Shown: positions 34,230 through 44,210, numbered from the stretch's first letter. The stretch: 64,000 nucleotides of DNA from an uncultured SAR86 cluster bacterium (GCA_902557575.1 CACEAR010000001.1:406674-470673), one strand, 5' to 3'. Made by a program: numbers and translations. Notes: generated by a model from the sequence alone, not told the origin.

Positions 34230-35438
34230 TTAATCCTTGCTAAAAACTAAACAAGCATTTGTCCCGCCAAATCCGAATGAATTGCTCATAAATGAATTAA
34301 TATTTTCATTGTTATCTTCAGTTACTAAATTAATATCACCAATTTCTTCTACTGCATCTTCAACATTTATTGAAGGAGAAATGAAACCTTCATTCATCAT
34401 TATCAATGAATAAATAACTTCTTGAGCTCCAGTTGCTCCTAGTGAGTGGCCTGTAAGAGATTTCGTTGAACTTAAGTAGGGATTTTGAGTACCGAACACC
34501 TCTTTAATTGCATTTATTTCAGCAATATCTCCTACCGGAGTACTTGTTCCATGTGCATTAATATAGTCTACTTCTTGTCCATATTGCGAGAGGGCTTCAC
34601 TCATGCATCTAGCAGCTCCTTCTCCAGAGGGTGCAACCATATCGTAACCATCTGAATTTGCACAAAAGCCTTTAAGAGTTCCATAAATCTTTGCACCTCT
34701 TTTTAATGCATTTTCTTTTTCTTCAAGTATTACCATCCCAGAACCACCTGCTATAACAAAACCATCTCTATTTTTATCAAATGGTCTTGATGCTAGCGTT
34801 GGCTGCTCATTAAATTTTGAACTTAATGCCCCCATTGCATCAAACAGAGATGATGACGACCAATGCTCATCCTCACCACCACCAGCAATCACAATATCCT
34901 GAAAACCGTTTTGAATAAGGTTTGCTCCGTGTCCAATACAGTGCGCGCTTGTCGAACAAGCCGAAGTAATAGAATAGTTAACACCTTTAATTTTTAATGC
35001 TGTTGATAAAACAGCAGAAACAGTGCTTCCCATTGCTTTAGGAACAGCATAGGGCCCAACTCTTTTTGGTCCTTTAGATCTAGTTATGTCTGCAGCCTCT
35101 ATTTGAATTGCAGAAGAAGCTCCTCCAGAACCAGCAACAAGACCAATACGTGGAGAAGATATATCATCTTCATTTAGCCCAGCATCCGTGAGAGCATCTT
35201 TAGCAGCGAGATAAGCATATGCAGATGCATTACCCATAAATCTTAAAACTTTTCTATCAATTAATGGCTTCAAATCTATATCAATAGATCCACATACATG
35301 GCTCCTAAAACCCATATCCACATATTCTTGATTTAATTTAATACCAGATTTGCCTGCCTTAAGATTTTTTGAAACAGTATCTAAATCGTTACCAATACAG
35401 GATATTAATCCCATTCCTGTAACAACAACTTCACGCAT
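34230..35438 (-). CDS. fabB: Beta-ketoacyl-ACP synthase I
   Basis: ITSACSTS (Cys), NAHGTST, GHSLGA, NSFGFGG; adjacent to fabA; start trimmed to MREVVVTG. Confidence 0.95.
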   Translation of the reverse strand: MREVVVTGMGLISCIGNDLDTVSKNLKAGKSGIKLNQEYVDMGFRSHVCGSIDIDLKPLIDRKVLRFMGNASAYAYLAAKDALTDAGLNEDDISSPRIGLVAGSGGASSAIQIEAADITRSKGPKRVGPYAVPKAMGSTVSAVLSTALKIKGVNYSITSACSTSAHCIGHGANLIQNGFQDIVIAGGGEDEHWSSSSLFDAMGALSSKFNEQPTLASRPFDKNRDGFVIAGGSGMVILEEKENALKRGAKIYGTLKGFCANSDGYDMVAPSGEGAARCMSEALSQYGQEVDYINAHGTSTPVGDIAEINAIKEVFGTQNPYLSSTKSLTGHSLGATGAQEVIYSLIMMNEGFISPSINVEDAVEEIGDINLVTEDNNENINSFMSNSFGFGGTNACLVFSKD

Positions 35439-35439
35439 T

Positions 35440-35967
35440 TTAAAACTTGCTTGGGTCAGCAAAAAGGCCTACTTTTAGGTTATTTGCTGAATAAACATGT
35501 TTATCATCTACAAACATATCAGCATCAGAAAAACCAACTACAGCTCCACGATTTACAACTCTTTTTATATCAAGAACATAATTAACTTTTTTTGCTGTTG
35601 GAAGCACCTGGCCAAAGAATTTTACTTTTTCAGCTCCTAAAGCTCTTCCAATCCCAGGTAATTCACTCCAGCATAGAAAGAAACCTAGCAATTGCCACAT
35701 TGCATCAAGTCCAAGGCACCCTGGCATAACAGGATCTTCTTTGAAATGGCAATCAAAGAACCAGAGGTCAGGATTTACATCGAGCTCTGCATAAACCTCG
35801 CCTTTTGAATACTTACCACCAGTATTATTTATCTTAGTGATTCGATCAAACATAAGCATTGGATCAACTGGAAGCCTGCCATTGCCTTCACCAAACAGTT
35901 GACCAAATCCGCAATCAACAAGATCTTCTTTTGAATAGCAGTCTTTAGGTTTAAATACTTTATTCAT
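35440..35967 (-). CDS. fabA: 3-hydroxydecanoyl-ACP dehydratase/isomerase
   Basis: [31 protein letters not shown]. Confidence 0.97.
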   Translation of the reverse strand: MNKVFKPKDCYSKEDLVDCGFGQLFGEGNGRLPVDPMLMFDRITKINNTGGKYSKGEVYAELDVNPDLWFFDCHFKEDPVMPGCLGLDAMWQLLGFFLCWSELPGIGRALGAEKVKFFGQVLPTAKKVNYVLDIKRVVNRGAVVGFSDADMFVDDKHVYSANNLKVGLFADPSKF

Positions 35968-36916
35968 ATCTATTTTTTAAGCTTTCAGACAAGTTTAACA
36001 TCTCATCACGAATTTCTTTATTAGATATCTTATTGATGCATTTACTAATTTCATTACTATAGCTTTGGATTAGAGAATTACATTTATTAAAAGCACTCGA
36101 AGAAGAAACAAAGTCTGCTACTTCCTCTACACTAAAGTCTTTATTTTTTAGTTTTTTTAAGATCTTTGAACTATCTTTTTTGCTTGAGCTTTTAAGCGCG
36201 AAATAGAGAGGATAAGTTATTTTATCCTCAAGGATATCTTGCATTTCTGGCTTTCCAATATTTCCTTTACTTATTCCGTAATCAAGCAAGTCATCTCTTA
36301 CTTGAAATACAATTCCAATAAGTTTTGCAGCTTTTGAAATATTCTCAATAAATGGTGTTGATTTACCAGAAAGCATTGCAGCACTTTTTGCAGAGGCTTC
36401 AAATAATCTTCCAGTTTTATAGTAACTAATTTTTTTCAGCTGCTGGAGCGAGGTAGCTAAATTATTTTTATTTGCAAGCTGCATTAATTCGCCCTCAGCA
36501 ATCTTATTGGTAGCAGAGCTTAGCTCATCAATTACTTTGAAATTTCCTATTTCATTCATAAGCATAAAAGCTTTGGAGTAAATAAAATCACCTATTAGCA
36601 CGCCGTGTGAGTTTGACCAAGCAATATTTACTGTTGTTCTGCCTCTGCGAAGATCAGAATTATCAATAATATCGTCGTGAACAAGCGTCGCAGTATGGAG
36701 AAGCTCAATGACAGAAGCAAGCTTTATTCTATCTTGTTGATTTTTATTCATTCCATAAGAGCTAATTAGGCTGATAGATGCTCGTACTTTTTTTCCAGAT
36801 TTATCAAAAATATAATCATAAAGGTCCTTTACTAAAGGCTCCTTACTTAAATTCTTCCTCATCAAGCTCTCAACTTTTTTGAGATCTTTTTTTAGATTTT
36901 TACTTAAATTTTGCAT
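35960..36916 (-). CDS. ispB: Polyprenyl (octaprenyl-like) diphosphate synthase
   Basis: [29 protein letters not shown]; divergent from rplU as in other Gammaproteobacteria. Confidence 0.9.
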   Translation of the reverse strand: MQNLSKNLKKDLKKVESLMRKNLSKEPLVKDLYDYIFDKSGKKVRASISLISSYGMNKNQQDRIKLASVIELLHTATLVHDDIIDNSDLRRGRTTVNIAWSNSHGVLIGDFIYSKAFMLMNEIGNFKVIDELSSATNKIAEGELMQLANKNNLATSLQQLKKISYYKTGRLFEASAKSAAMLSGKSTPFIENISKAAKLIGIVFQVRDDLLDYGISKGNIGKPEMQDILEDKITYPLYFALKSSSKKDSSKILKKLKNKDFSVEEVADFVSSSSAFNKCNSLIQSYSNEISKCINKISNKEIRDEMLNLSESLKNRYE

Positions 36917-36936
36917 GTTTACGATTTGGACTAAAA

Positions 36937-36942
36937 ATTATA
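36937..36942 (-). promoter_or_regulatory. Possible -10 for ispB-fabA-fabB
   Basis: Perfect TATAAT on minus strand 20 nt before ispB ATG; no clear -35. Confidence 0.35.
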
Positions 36943-37001
36943 CCTAACTATTGATAAATTCCGCATATCAGCGTATATTTTGCCAACTTTCGGATTTAAT
37001 A

Positions 37002-37319
37002 ATGTACGCAGTAATTGAAACAGGTGGTAAACAACACAAAGTAGAGGAGGGACAAACTCTTCTCATTGATCTTATTTCCGATGATAAGAAAAAGATCACT
37101 TTTGATAATGTTCTTCTATATTCTGATGATAAGACTGTCGAAATAGGGCAACCATACCTTTCAAATGTAAAGGTTACTGCTAAGATTGTTGAAGAAGTTA
37201 AAGGAACTAAATTATCAATTCTTAGATTTAGAAGAAGAAAGCATAGTATGCGTAAGCAAGGGCATAGAGCTAAATATACTAAGATTGAGATTGATAAAAT
37301 TAAACTTGAGAGTAAATAA
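37002..37319 (+). CDS. rplU: 50S ribosomal protein L21
   Basis: [19 protein letters not shown]. Confidence 0.99.
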   Translation: MYAVIETGGKQHKVEEGQTLLIDLISDDKKKITFDNVLLYSDDKTVEIGQPYLSNVKVTAKIVEEVKGTKLSILRFRRRKHSMRKQGHRAKYTKIEIDKIKLESK

Positions 37320-37576
37320 TGGCACATAAGAAAGCTGGTGGTTCCAGTAAGAACGGTAGAGATTCCCAATCCAAGAGACTTGGAGTTAAGAGGTTTGGCG
37401 GTCAGCTTGTTAAGGCCGGTGAAATAATTATCAGACAACGAGGAACTAACACTCATCCAGGTGTAAATGTTGGCATGGGCAAGGACCATACATTATTTGC
37501 AAAAGAATCAGGTGTTGTTCAATTTACTTATAAAGGTCCCAGAAAGAGGAAAACTGTAAATATAGTTCCTCAGTAA
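37319..37576 (+). CDS. rpmA: 50S ribosomal protein L27
   Basis: [16 protein letters not shown]. Confidence 0.99.
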   Translation: MAHKKAGGSSKNGRDSQSKRLGVKRFGGQLVKAGEIIIRQRGTNTHPGVNVGMGKDHTLFAKESGVVQFTYKGPRKRKTVNIVPQ

Positions 37577-37580
37577 ATCC

Positions 37581-38567
37581 ATGAATTTCATTGACGAAGC
37601 TCTGCTTGAAATTAAAGCAGGATCCGGTGGTTCTGGTTGTCTGAGTTTTAGAAGAGAAAAATATATTCCCAGAGGCGGTCCTGATGGCGGGGATGGCGGC
37701 AGAGGCGGAGATGTTTTCCTTAAAGCTAATAAGAACATAAATACATTAGTCGATTTTCATCATAAAAAAGTTATTCAAGCCAAAAATGGCAGAAATGGTT
37801 CTGGTAAAAATATGAAAGGTCTAGATGGGGACTCTATTTTTTTATCAGTACCTCAAGGGACTGTTGTACTTGATGCAGATACTGGTGATTTAATAATTGA
37901 TTGCAACGAAGAAAGAGAGTATTTGCTTGCAAAGGGAGGCGATGGAGGCTTAGGTAATGCACGCTTCAAATCCAGTACAAACCAAGCGCCACGAAGAATT
38001 ACAAAAGGTGAAGATGGCGAATCCATAAATATAAAACTGGAACTCAGATCTTTAGCGGATGTTGGTTTAGTGGGATTCCCTAATGCTGGAAAGTCTACCT
38101 TTCTTAACACAGTCTCTTCGGCAAAGCCCAAGATAGCAGATTATCCTTTTACTACATTGAGACCTCACCTTGGAACAATTAAATACTCTGATAATAGTTT
38201 TGTAATTGCAGATATACCAGGAATTATAGAAGGTGCATCTGATGGCCACGGGCTTGGTATTAAGTTCTTAAAACATATATCAAGAACAGGAATCCTCCTT
38301 TTCTTTCTTGAAGCTTTTTCAGAAATTTCGGTACAGGATCAATTTCTGAAACTGAAGAAAGAATTAGGAGATTTTTCAGAAAAACTCTTAGAAAAAGAGT
38401 TTTATATAGTTGTTACAAAAATTGATTTAATTGATGAAGAAACTAGGTCCGAAACTTTGAATACTTTTAATGCAAAGGAATTTACAAATGTTTTTGGTAT
38501 TTCTTCAGTAACGGGTGAGGGCGTTCAAGAACTTCTTGACGATATATCAAAAAAGATTTTTATTTAG
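37581..38567 (+). CDS. obgE: GTPase ObgE/CgtA
   Basis: GGPDGGDGGRGG, GFPNAGKST, DYPFTTL, DIPG, TKID. Confidence 0.98.
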   Translation: MNFIDEALLEIKAGSGGSGCLSFRREKYIPRGGPDGGDGGRGGDVFLKANKNINTLVDFHHKKVIQAKNGRNGSGKNMKGLDGDSIFLSVPQGTVVLDADTGDLIIDCNEEREYLLAKGGDGGLGNARFKSSTNQAPRRITKGEDGESINIKLELRSLADVGLVGFPNAGKSTFLNTVSSAKPKIADYPFTTLRPHLGTIKYSDNSFVIADIPGIIEGASDGHGLGIKFLKHISRTGILLFFLEAFSEISVQDQFLKLKKELGDFSEKLLEKEFYIVVTKIDLIDEETRSETLNTFNAKEFTNVFGISSVTGEGVQELLDDISKKIFI

Positions 38568-38826
38568 AGATTTTTTTTACTGCAGCAGTTAGTCTACTCT
38601 TTGTTCTGGCAGCAGCATTTTTGTGAATAACTTTTTTTGAAGCGGCTGAATCGAGAACTTTTTCAGCAGTTTTTAAGAGGTCTGAAGCTTTTGCAGCATC
38701 ATTTTCTTCAATTGCATATCTGACAGCTTTAACTGCTGTTCTTGTTTGAGACCTTTGACTATGTCTAAGCTTATATCTAGCTTTATTTTGTCTAGCTCTC
38801 TTTTCTGCTTGTTTTGAATTAGCCAT
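38560..38826 (-). CDS. rpsT: 30S ribosomal protein S20
   Basis: MANSKQAEKRARQ, IHKNAAARTKSRL. Confidence 0.98.
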   Translation of the reverse strand: MANSKQAEKRARQNKARYKLRHSQRSQTRTAVKAVRYAIEENDAAKASDLLKTAEKVLDSAASKKVIHKNAAARTKSRLTAAVKKISK

Positions 38827-38849
38827 AAATTGTTTTAAAAAGTTGTGCA

Positions 38850-38878
38850 AGTTTAATCATCTGTGCTTAAAATGTCTA
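38850..38878 (-). promoter_or_regulatory. Sigma70 promoter for rpsT
   Basis: TAGACA-N17-TAAACT on minus strand. Confidence 0.6.
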
Positions 38879-38888
38879 CCCCTGCAGG

Positions 38889-39710
38889 TTATTTCGTTAA
38901 TAACCTCTTAAAAGCTTTATCAAGGATCTTTCTTGGAATGAGATTCAACATTTTATCTGTTATGCCAGCAACTACATATCTTGGTTTAGGATTCTTAGAG
39001 TTAACAATTCTCTCAACTTTTTTGGCTACTCGATGAGCTGGAATAGCTATTCTTCTTGCTCTTTTAAGAGTGCCATCCATTTTTTTTATTGCTGATGTAT
39101 ATTCTGTATTTTTATATTGTTCTTCCTTCTCATTTTTTTCAAATTTATCCCAAATTGATGATTCAATTGCACCAGGACCAATTACAACTACTTTGATATT
39201 ATGAATTTGAAGCTCTCTGCGCATTGATTCAGAAATTCCTTCAAGTGCAAATTTACTGCCACAATATGAACCCTGCATTGGAAGACCAATTTTACCTGCC
39301 ATTGAGCTAATATTAATTATAGTTGCTGACGTAGATTTCTTAAGGATTGGCAGGAATGATTGCGAGCAATTTAATGGTCCCATTACATTGACTTCAAAGA
39401 CCGTTCTAACTTCATCAGATTCAACATACTCCATAGGGCCTGAAATATTAATACCTGCATTATTTACGAGACAATTTAAACCATTTTTACCCAAATGAGA
39501 TTCAACTAAATTAGCCGCCTCCCTAATTGCATTAATATCTGTGACATCAAAGATAAGAGGAGTGAAATTTTCTCCACATATATCTGTTAGTTTATCTCCA
39601 TCATTTTGATTTCGTACACTACCGAAAACTTTCCAACCAATTTGTGAGAAGTGTTGACATATTGCAGCTCCAATTCCTGAAGAAGATCCTGTAACTAATA
39701 TAGATTTCAT
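38889..39710 (-). CDS. Short-chain dehydrogenase/reductase
   Basis: TGSSSGIG, NNAG, YCGSK; substrate unknown. Confidence 0.93.
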   Translation of the reverse strand: MKSILVTGSSSGIGAAICQHFSQIGWKVFGSVRNQNDGDKLTDICGENFTPLIFDVTDINAIREAANLVESHLGKNGLNCLVNNAGINISGPMEYVESDEVRTVFEVNVMGPLNCSQSFLPILKKSTSATIINISSMAGKIGLPMQGSYCGSKFALEGISESMRRELQIHNIKVVVIGPGAIESSIWDKFEKNEKEEQYKNTEYTSAIKKMDGTLKRARRIAIPAHRVAKKVERIVNSKNPKPRYVVAGITDKMLNLIPRKILDKAFKRLLTK

Positions 39711-39729
39711 ATAATCATTTTAAACTAAA

Positions 39730-40080
39730 TGGTGGAGGCGGCGGGAATTGAACCCGCGTCCGTTAGTCCTTCAACCTCACTTCTACATGCTTAGCTCATT
39801 CTATTATCATTTGTCTTGATAACCCGAAGAGCAGGACATCAAGATAGATCTCGATTTAAGTTTCATCAAGTTATGCTCGAGAAACAAAACTTAACTAGGC
39901 TACGTAAATGACTGCTGTTTCAGACCGTAACCATTCTTTACAGCAGGTTTAGCTATTTAAGCAGCTAAAGCGTAGTTGTCGTTATTTGCAACTAAAATTT
40001 TGAAGTAATTTTTACAAGAAAACTTCATTCTTGACATGCGCTTTGGAATCCAATAAAAACGTCGAATCCTATTCGCCCCC
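39730..40080 (-). ncRNA. ssrA: tmRNA; tag peptide (A)ANNDNYALAA encoded at 39989-39957
   Basis: 5' GGGGGCG pairs with 3' CGCCTCC-ACCA including G3-U; GGATTCGAC; T-loop GGTTCAATTCC; GCA AAT AAC GAC AAC TAC GCT TTA GCT GCT TAA. Confidence 0.97.
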
Positions 40081-40093
40081 AAAAAGGGATGAA

Positions 40094-40099
40094 ATTATA
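40094..40099 (-). promoter_or_regulatory. Putative -10 for ssrA
   Basis: Perfect TATAAT 13 nt upstream of the mature 5' end; no good -35. Confidence 0.45.
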
Positions 40100-40104
40100 C
40101 AATA

Positions 40105-40560
40105 TTATTTATTTTTAAGAGAAGATTTTAGTGTCCTTGCCTGGTCTCTTTTCCAATCTCTTTCTTTAATATCCTGTCTTCTGTCATATGATTTTTTACC
40201 CTTTCCAACTACGATATCGCATTTAACAAGATTGTTTTTCCAATACATTTTTTTTAAAACGCACGTAAGACCCTTTTTCTTAACAGAATCATCTAATTGG
40301 AATATCTCTTTTTTATTTAATAAAAGTTTTTTTGATCTTGTGGGATCAAGGTTTTCATTTTTCAGTGAACTAGGTGGATCAATTTTAAGGCCAATAAGCC
40401 AAGCTTCATCCTTAATTAGCCGCACATAGGAATCTTTAACGTCAACTCTTCCTTCTCTGAGAGATTTAACTTCCCAGCCCTTAAGCATAATCCCTGCCTC
40501 GAAAGACTTAATAAAAGTAAAGTTCCTTGAAGCATTTTTATTAGTGACAATTGCGGTCAT
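40105..40560 (-). CDS. smpB: SsrA-binding protein
   Basis: FEAGIMLKGWEVKSLREG, RSKKLLL, GKGKKSYDRR. Confidence 0.97.
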   Translation of the reverse strand: MTAIVTNKNASRNFTFIKSFEAGIMLKGWEVKSLREGRVDVKDSYVRLIKDEAWLIGLKIDPPSSLKNENLDPTRSKKLLLNKKEIFQLDDSVKKKGLTCVLKKMYWKNNLVKCDIVVGKGKKSYDRRQDIKERDWKRDQARTLKSSLKNK

Positions 40561-40606
40561 AACTTATAATTTTAACTTAGAATCAATAGACGCAATAAGA
40601 TTATAT

Positions 40607-41038
40607 ATGCCTTTAAAAACCATTCAATTTTACGGATATCTTGGAGTACTTCCATTTATACTTTTTACGATAGCGCCATGGCTTAGTTCTGATTTTTCTG
40701 AAATCTCACTGAAGGCAATCTCATTTTATGGCGGAGTAATTATTTCATTCTTGGGTGGGACAGCCTGGGGATGGACTCCAAATAGTTTGGCTAATATAAG
40801 ATTTGGCATAGCATGCACATTTATAAATTTGGTAATCATATTTTTTGTTTTTCAAAACTTTCTTATTGCTCTACTGATCTGCTTTTTAACATTTCCATTA
40901 TTTCTTTATTACGAAACTAATAACAACTCTAGTTTTAAAAATGACAGTGAATATGCCGAAATGAGAAGGATTCTTACTTTATTAGTAACAATCTGCTATT
41001 TTATATGTCTTGCATTTGTTTTTAACCCATACACCTAG
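40607..41038 (+). CDS. DUF3429-like small membrane protein
   Basis: GYLGVLPF...FYGGVIISFLGGTAWG pattern, about 4 TM helices; start trimmed to ATG 40607 to avoid overlap with smpB. Confidence 0.7.
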   Translation: MPLKTIQFYGYLGVLPFILFTIAPWLSSDFSEISLKAISFYGGVIISFLGGTAWGWTPNSLANIRFGIACTFINLVIIFFVFQNFLIALLICFLTFPLFLYYETNNNSSFKNDSEYAEMRRILTLLVTICYFICLAFVFNPYT

Positions 41039-41050
41039 CTGGAGGCAATA

Positions 41051-42388
41051 ATGGAACAGTTAAAATCTCATGGAAAATGGTCAGGAAAGTGGACCTTCAT
41101 TTTAGCAGCTACTGGCTCTGCTGTTGGATTGGGAAATATATGGGGATTTCCTTATATGGCTGGCACTAATGGTGGTGGAGCATTTGTTTTAATTTATTTA
41201 GCATGTATTTTAATAATAGGCTTACCAATTATGATGGCTGAAATAGTAATTGGAAGAAGAGCATCTAGCAGTCCAGTTAACTCAATGAAGTCTGCAGCTT
41301 TAGACTCAAATAGATCTTCTAATTGGCAGCTTATAGGTTGGGGCGGACTTGTTGCTGGTATTTTAATACTATCCTTTTACAGTGTCCTAGCTGGCATTTG
41401 TATAAATTATATTTTTATTTCAGCTCTTCCTGATTTACAACTATCTTCTGAAGAGCAGTTCAGCATTACTACATCTTCAGCCTCTAATTTACTGATTTGG
41501 CATACTGTTTTTATATTAGTTACTGCAGGAGTTATAGCTAGTGGGATTAAAAATGGAATTGGGAGATTCGTAAGAGTTCTTATGCCTCTTCTTGGTTTCA
41601 TTTTGATTCTAATGGTTTTAAATGCGGTTATAAATGGTGATTTTCTAAGAGGTCTACAGTTCCTATTTAGTCCTGATTTCAGTCAGGTAAATCCTCAGAC
41701 ATTCTTAAGCGCCATGGGGCAAGCTTTTTTTAGTTTAAGTTTAGGTATGGGAGCAATCATGACATATGGAGCATATATGTCAGATGATCAAAAAATATTA
41801 AGTACCTCAATAACCGTTGGTGGCTTAGATACACTTGTTGCTCTAATGGCAGGCCTTGCAATATTCCCAATAATCTTTGCATCAGGACTTGAAGTAAATA
41901 GTGGTGGAGTTGGACTAGTGTTTATAACACTTTCACAAACATTCGAAACAATGTTTTTGGGGCAAGTTTTTGGACCTTTATTTTTTATACTGCTTGTTAT
42001 TGCTTCACTGAGTTCCTCTATATCTTTATTGGAGCCAAGCGTAGCCTACTTTTCAGAAAAGAATATTATTTCAAGAAAGAGTGCCGCATTCATCTTTGGC
42101 TTTTTAGCATGGTTTCTTGGAATAGGAAGCGTCCTCAGTTTTAATATTTTAAGCGACTTCCAACTCCTCGGAGATAGAACAATCCTTGATTCTATTGTTT
42201 TTATAGGAAATAACTTACTTTTACCTTTAGGCGGGCTTTTTGTAGCAATTTTTGTAGGTTGGTTTATGAAAAAAGAACTCATTCAAGAACAATTGCAATT
42301 AAGCGATGGATTTTTAAATACTTGGTACTTCTTTATAAGGTTTGTGGCCCCAATTGCAGTGGGAGCGATTTTAATTACACAAATATGA
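41051..42388 (+). CDS. Sodium-dependent transporter, NSS/SNF family
   Basis: AATGSAVGLGNIWGFPY, GGGAF, GQAFFSLSLG; about 12 TM. Confidence 0.95.
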   Translation: MEQLKSHGKWSGKWTFILAATGSAVGLGNIWGFPYMAGTNGGGAFVLIYLACILIIGLPIMMAEIVIGRRASSSPVNSMKSAALDSNRSSNWQLIGWGGLVAGILILSFYSVLAGICINYIFISALPDLQLSSEEQFSITTSSASNLLIWHTVFILVTAGVIASGIKNGIGRFVRVLMPLLGFILILMVLNAVINGDFLRGLQFLFSPDFSQVNPQTFLSAMGQAFFSLSLGMGAIMTYGAYMSDDQKILSTSITVGGLDTLVALMAGLAIFPIIFASGLEVNSGGVGLVFITLSQTFETMFLGQVFGPLFFILLVIASLSSSISLLEPSVAYFSEKNIISRKSAAFIFGFLAWFLGIGSVLSFNILSDFQLLGDRTILDSIVFIGNNLLLPLGGLFVAIFVGWFMKKELIQEQLQLSDGFLNTWYFFIRFVAPIAVGAILITQI

Positions 42389-42391
42389 TTA

Positions 42392-42838
42392 ATGAAAAGA
42401 AATTTCGAAGTAACTCGTATTCTTCCTTTTAAGCACACTCTAGTATTTGAGCAAGTAGCAAACTTTGAAAGGTATGAACAATATTTACCCTTTTGCAATG
42501 CATCAAGGTCATTAAATACTGACAACAAAGATTTTTCTCAAATTGGCGAGCTTGAATTTGAGATTGCCGGCGTGAGTTATAAAATTAAGTCAGGAAACGT
42601 TATCGAGGATGAAAGAATTCTGATAACTCAAATTAAAGGACCATTTGAGGAAATGAATGCTTCTTGGGATGTCGAACATCTAAATGATAAAAGTTGTAGC
42701 ATTTCATTTAAAGCTAATGCAAAGGTTCCTTATTTTTTAGGGATCATCTTAAGTGACTCAACAGTAGAAAAATTTGTAAATGTTTTTCTTGATAGCTTTG
42801 TTAATGATTTAGCTGCAAGAAATAAAACAGAGAACTAA
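42392..42838 (+). CDS. ratA: RatA/PasT-like Coq10 START (SRPBCC) protein
   Basis: VFEQVANFERYEQYLPFC, KGPF...W; position between smpB and bamE. Confidence 0.75.
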   Translation: MKRNFEVTRILPFKHTLVFEQVANFERYEQYLPFCNASRSLNTDNKDFSQIGELEFEIAGVSYKIKSGNVIEDERILITQIKGPFEEMNASWDVEHLNDKSCSISFKANAKVPYFLGIILSDSTVEKFVNVFLDSFVNDLAARNKTEN

Positions 42839-42849
42839 AAAAAGAAATT

Positions 42850-43173
42850 CTATTCTGAAACAATTTTCCAAGATGATAAAAGATTTTTGTCATCAAAGAT
42901 TACAACAAGTTTCTTTTCAACAATCTTCTCATCTCCAATCGTAATAAGATTTAAGTAATCCCATCTGTTTGAGTGAAAAGGATCTTTTATCATTGGCGAA
43001 CCCAAAATGAACTGCACTTGATCCATTGATTGGCCGACTTGAAGCTTTTCAATATCCTCTTCTTCAAAAATATTACCTTGAGTAACAGGTACTTTATAGA
43101 AACTGAAAGATGAACAGGAAGAAATTAAAAAAATTAGTAGAAATGCAGTTGAAACTTTTAGATTTTCTTTCAT
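42850..43173 (-). CDS. bamE: Outer membrane lipoprotein BamE (SmpA/OmlA)
   Basis: Lipobox LISSC, TQGN, QVQFILGSP, RWDY; start likely the second ATG (43173) because TATAAT lies only 2 nt before ATG 43182. Confidence 0.92.
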   Translation of the reverse strand: MKENLKVSTAFLLIFLISSCSSFSFYKVPVTQGNIFEEEDIEKLQVGQSMDQVQFILGSPMIKDPFHSNRWDYLNLITIGDEKIVEKKLVVIFDDKNLLSSWKIVSE

Positions 43174-43219
43174 AATATTCATCGATTATACTAAAGGAAG
43201 TAAATTAATCTATAACTTT

Positions 43220-43630
43220 ATGAGCACACAAGACGCTGTTAAAAAAGCTGGACTTAAAGCAACTTTACCAAGAATGTTGATACTTGAGGTATTGGCTAAA
43301 ACTATTGATAGTGAAGTTCATCTAAGCGCAGAAGATATTTATAAAGATCTTCTCACGAGTGGTGACGATGTTGGCTTAGCAACTGTTTATAGAGTTCTAT
43401 CACAATTTGAATCAGCTGGAATAGTTACCAGGCATAACTTTGAAGAGGGACACTCAGTCTACGAGATGACCCAAGATCATCATCATGACCATATGGTTTG
43501 CGTTGATACTGGAAAAACTATCGAGTTTCATGATTCAGAAATTGAAAAGAAACAGGATGATATTGCAGCTTCTCACGGGTATGAGATTGTAGATAGAAGT
43601 TCAGTTATTTTCGTCAAAAAGACTGATTAA
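43220..43630 (+). CDS. fur: Ferric uptake regulator
   Basis: GLKATLPR, HLSAEDIY, GLATVYRVL, HHHDHMVC. Confidence 0.97.
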   Translation: MSTQDAVKKAGLKATLPRMLILEVLAKTIDSEVHLSAEDIYKDLLTSGDDVGLATVYRVLSQFESAGIVTRHNFEEGHSVYEMTQDHHHDHMVCVDTGKTIEFHDSEIEKKQDDIAASHGYEIVDRSSVIFVKKTD

Positions 43631-43636
43631 AAAAAG

Positions 43637-43664
43637 CTTGAAGTAATTCCACAAATCCCTATAT
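43637..43664 (+). promoter_or_regulatory. Sigma32 heat-shock promoter for grpE-dnaK-dnaJ
   Basis: CTTGAA-N14-CCCTATAT versus consensus CTTGAA-N13/14-CCCCATNT. Confidence 0.85.
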
Positions 43665-43682
43665 ATCTTCTAGGGAGAAAAT

Positions 43683-44201
43683 ATGTCTAAAGAAAAGAAT
43701 GAAGATATCACAGATGATATTCATTCCGAATCTGAAACTGATGAACTTGAGGAGTCCAATGAAGTTTCAGATGAAGAAAGAATACCTGAATTAGAAGACA
43801 CGATACTTAGATTAAGAGCTGAACTTGATAATTCACAGAAGCGTTCTGTAGTTGAAGTTGAGAAAGCTCATAAATATGGTGTTGAGAAATTGCTTTTAGA
43901 GTTATTGCCTGTTGTAGATAATTTAGAACACGCTTTAAAGAATCTAAGTAAGGATGTTTCTGACTCTGATAAAGAGGGTATTGAGCTAACACTTAAGTCT
44001 TTTGAGTCTGCTCTTGATAAATTTGGAATTAGTCCTATTTATCCCATTAGTGAGGATTTTGATCCTATTCAGCACGAGGCTGTCTCTGTAGTTAAGGATG
44101 GAAAACATGCTGACAACAAGATTGTTGAAGTGATGCAAAAGGGATGGAAACTTCATGAGAGAGTTATTAGACCAGCAAGAGTTGTGGTCGTAAAAAATTA
44201 G
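43683..44201 (+). CDS. grpE: Nucleotide exchange factor GrpE
   Basis: LRLRAELDN, LLPVVDNLE, FDPIQHEAV, RPARVVV. Confidence 0.97.
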   Translation: MSKEKNEDITDDIHSESETDELEESNEVSDEERIPELEDTILRLRAELDNSQKRSVVEVEKAHKYGVEKLLLELLPVVDNLEHALKNLSKDVSDSDKEGIELTLKSFESALDKFGISPIYPISEDFDPIQHEAVSVVKDGKHADNKIVEVMQKGWKLHERVIRPARVVVVKN

Positions 44202-44210
44202 AGGAAATTT

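Noticed and set aside
36968-37489. 173-aa antisense ORF over rplU/rpmA, and the many other antisense or alternative-frame ORFs in the track
   Set aside because: Shadows of highly conserved genes; no motifs, no SD or promoter support
39700-39760. Integrated element at the tmRNA 3' end (common hotspot)
   Set aside because: No integrase, no duplicated ssrA 3' end seen, and the next gene starts 19 nt away
40031-40429. 132-aa plus-strand ORF
   Set aside because: Antisense to smpB and the tmRNA 5' end; no recognisable domain
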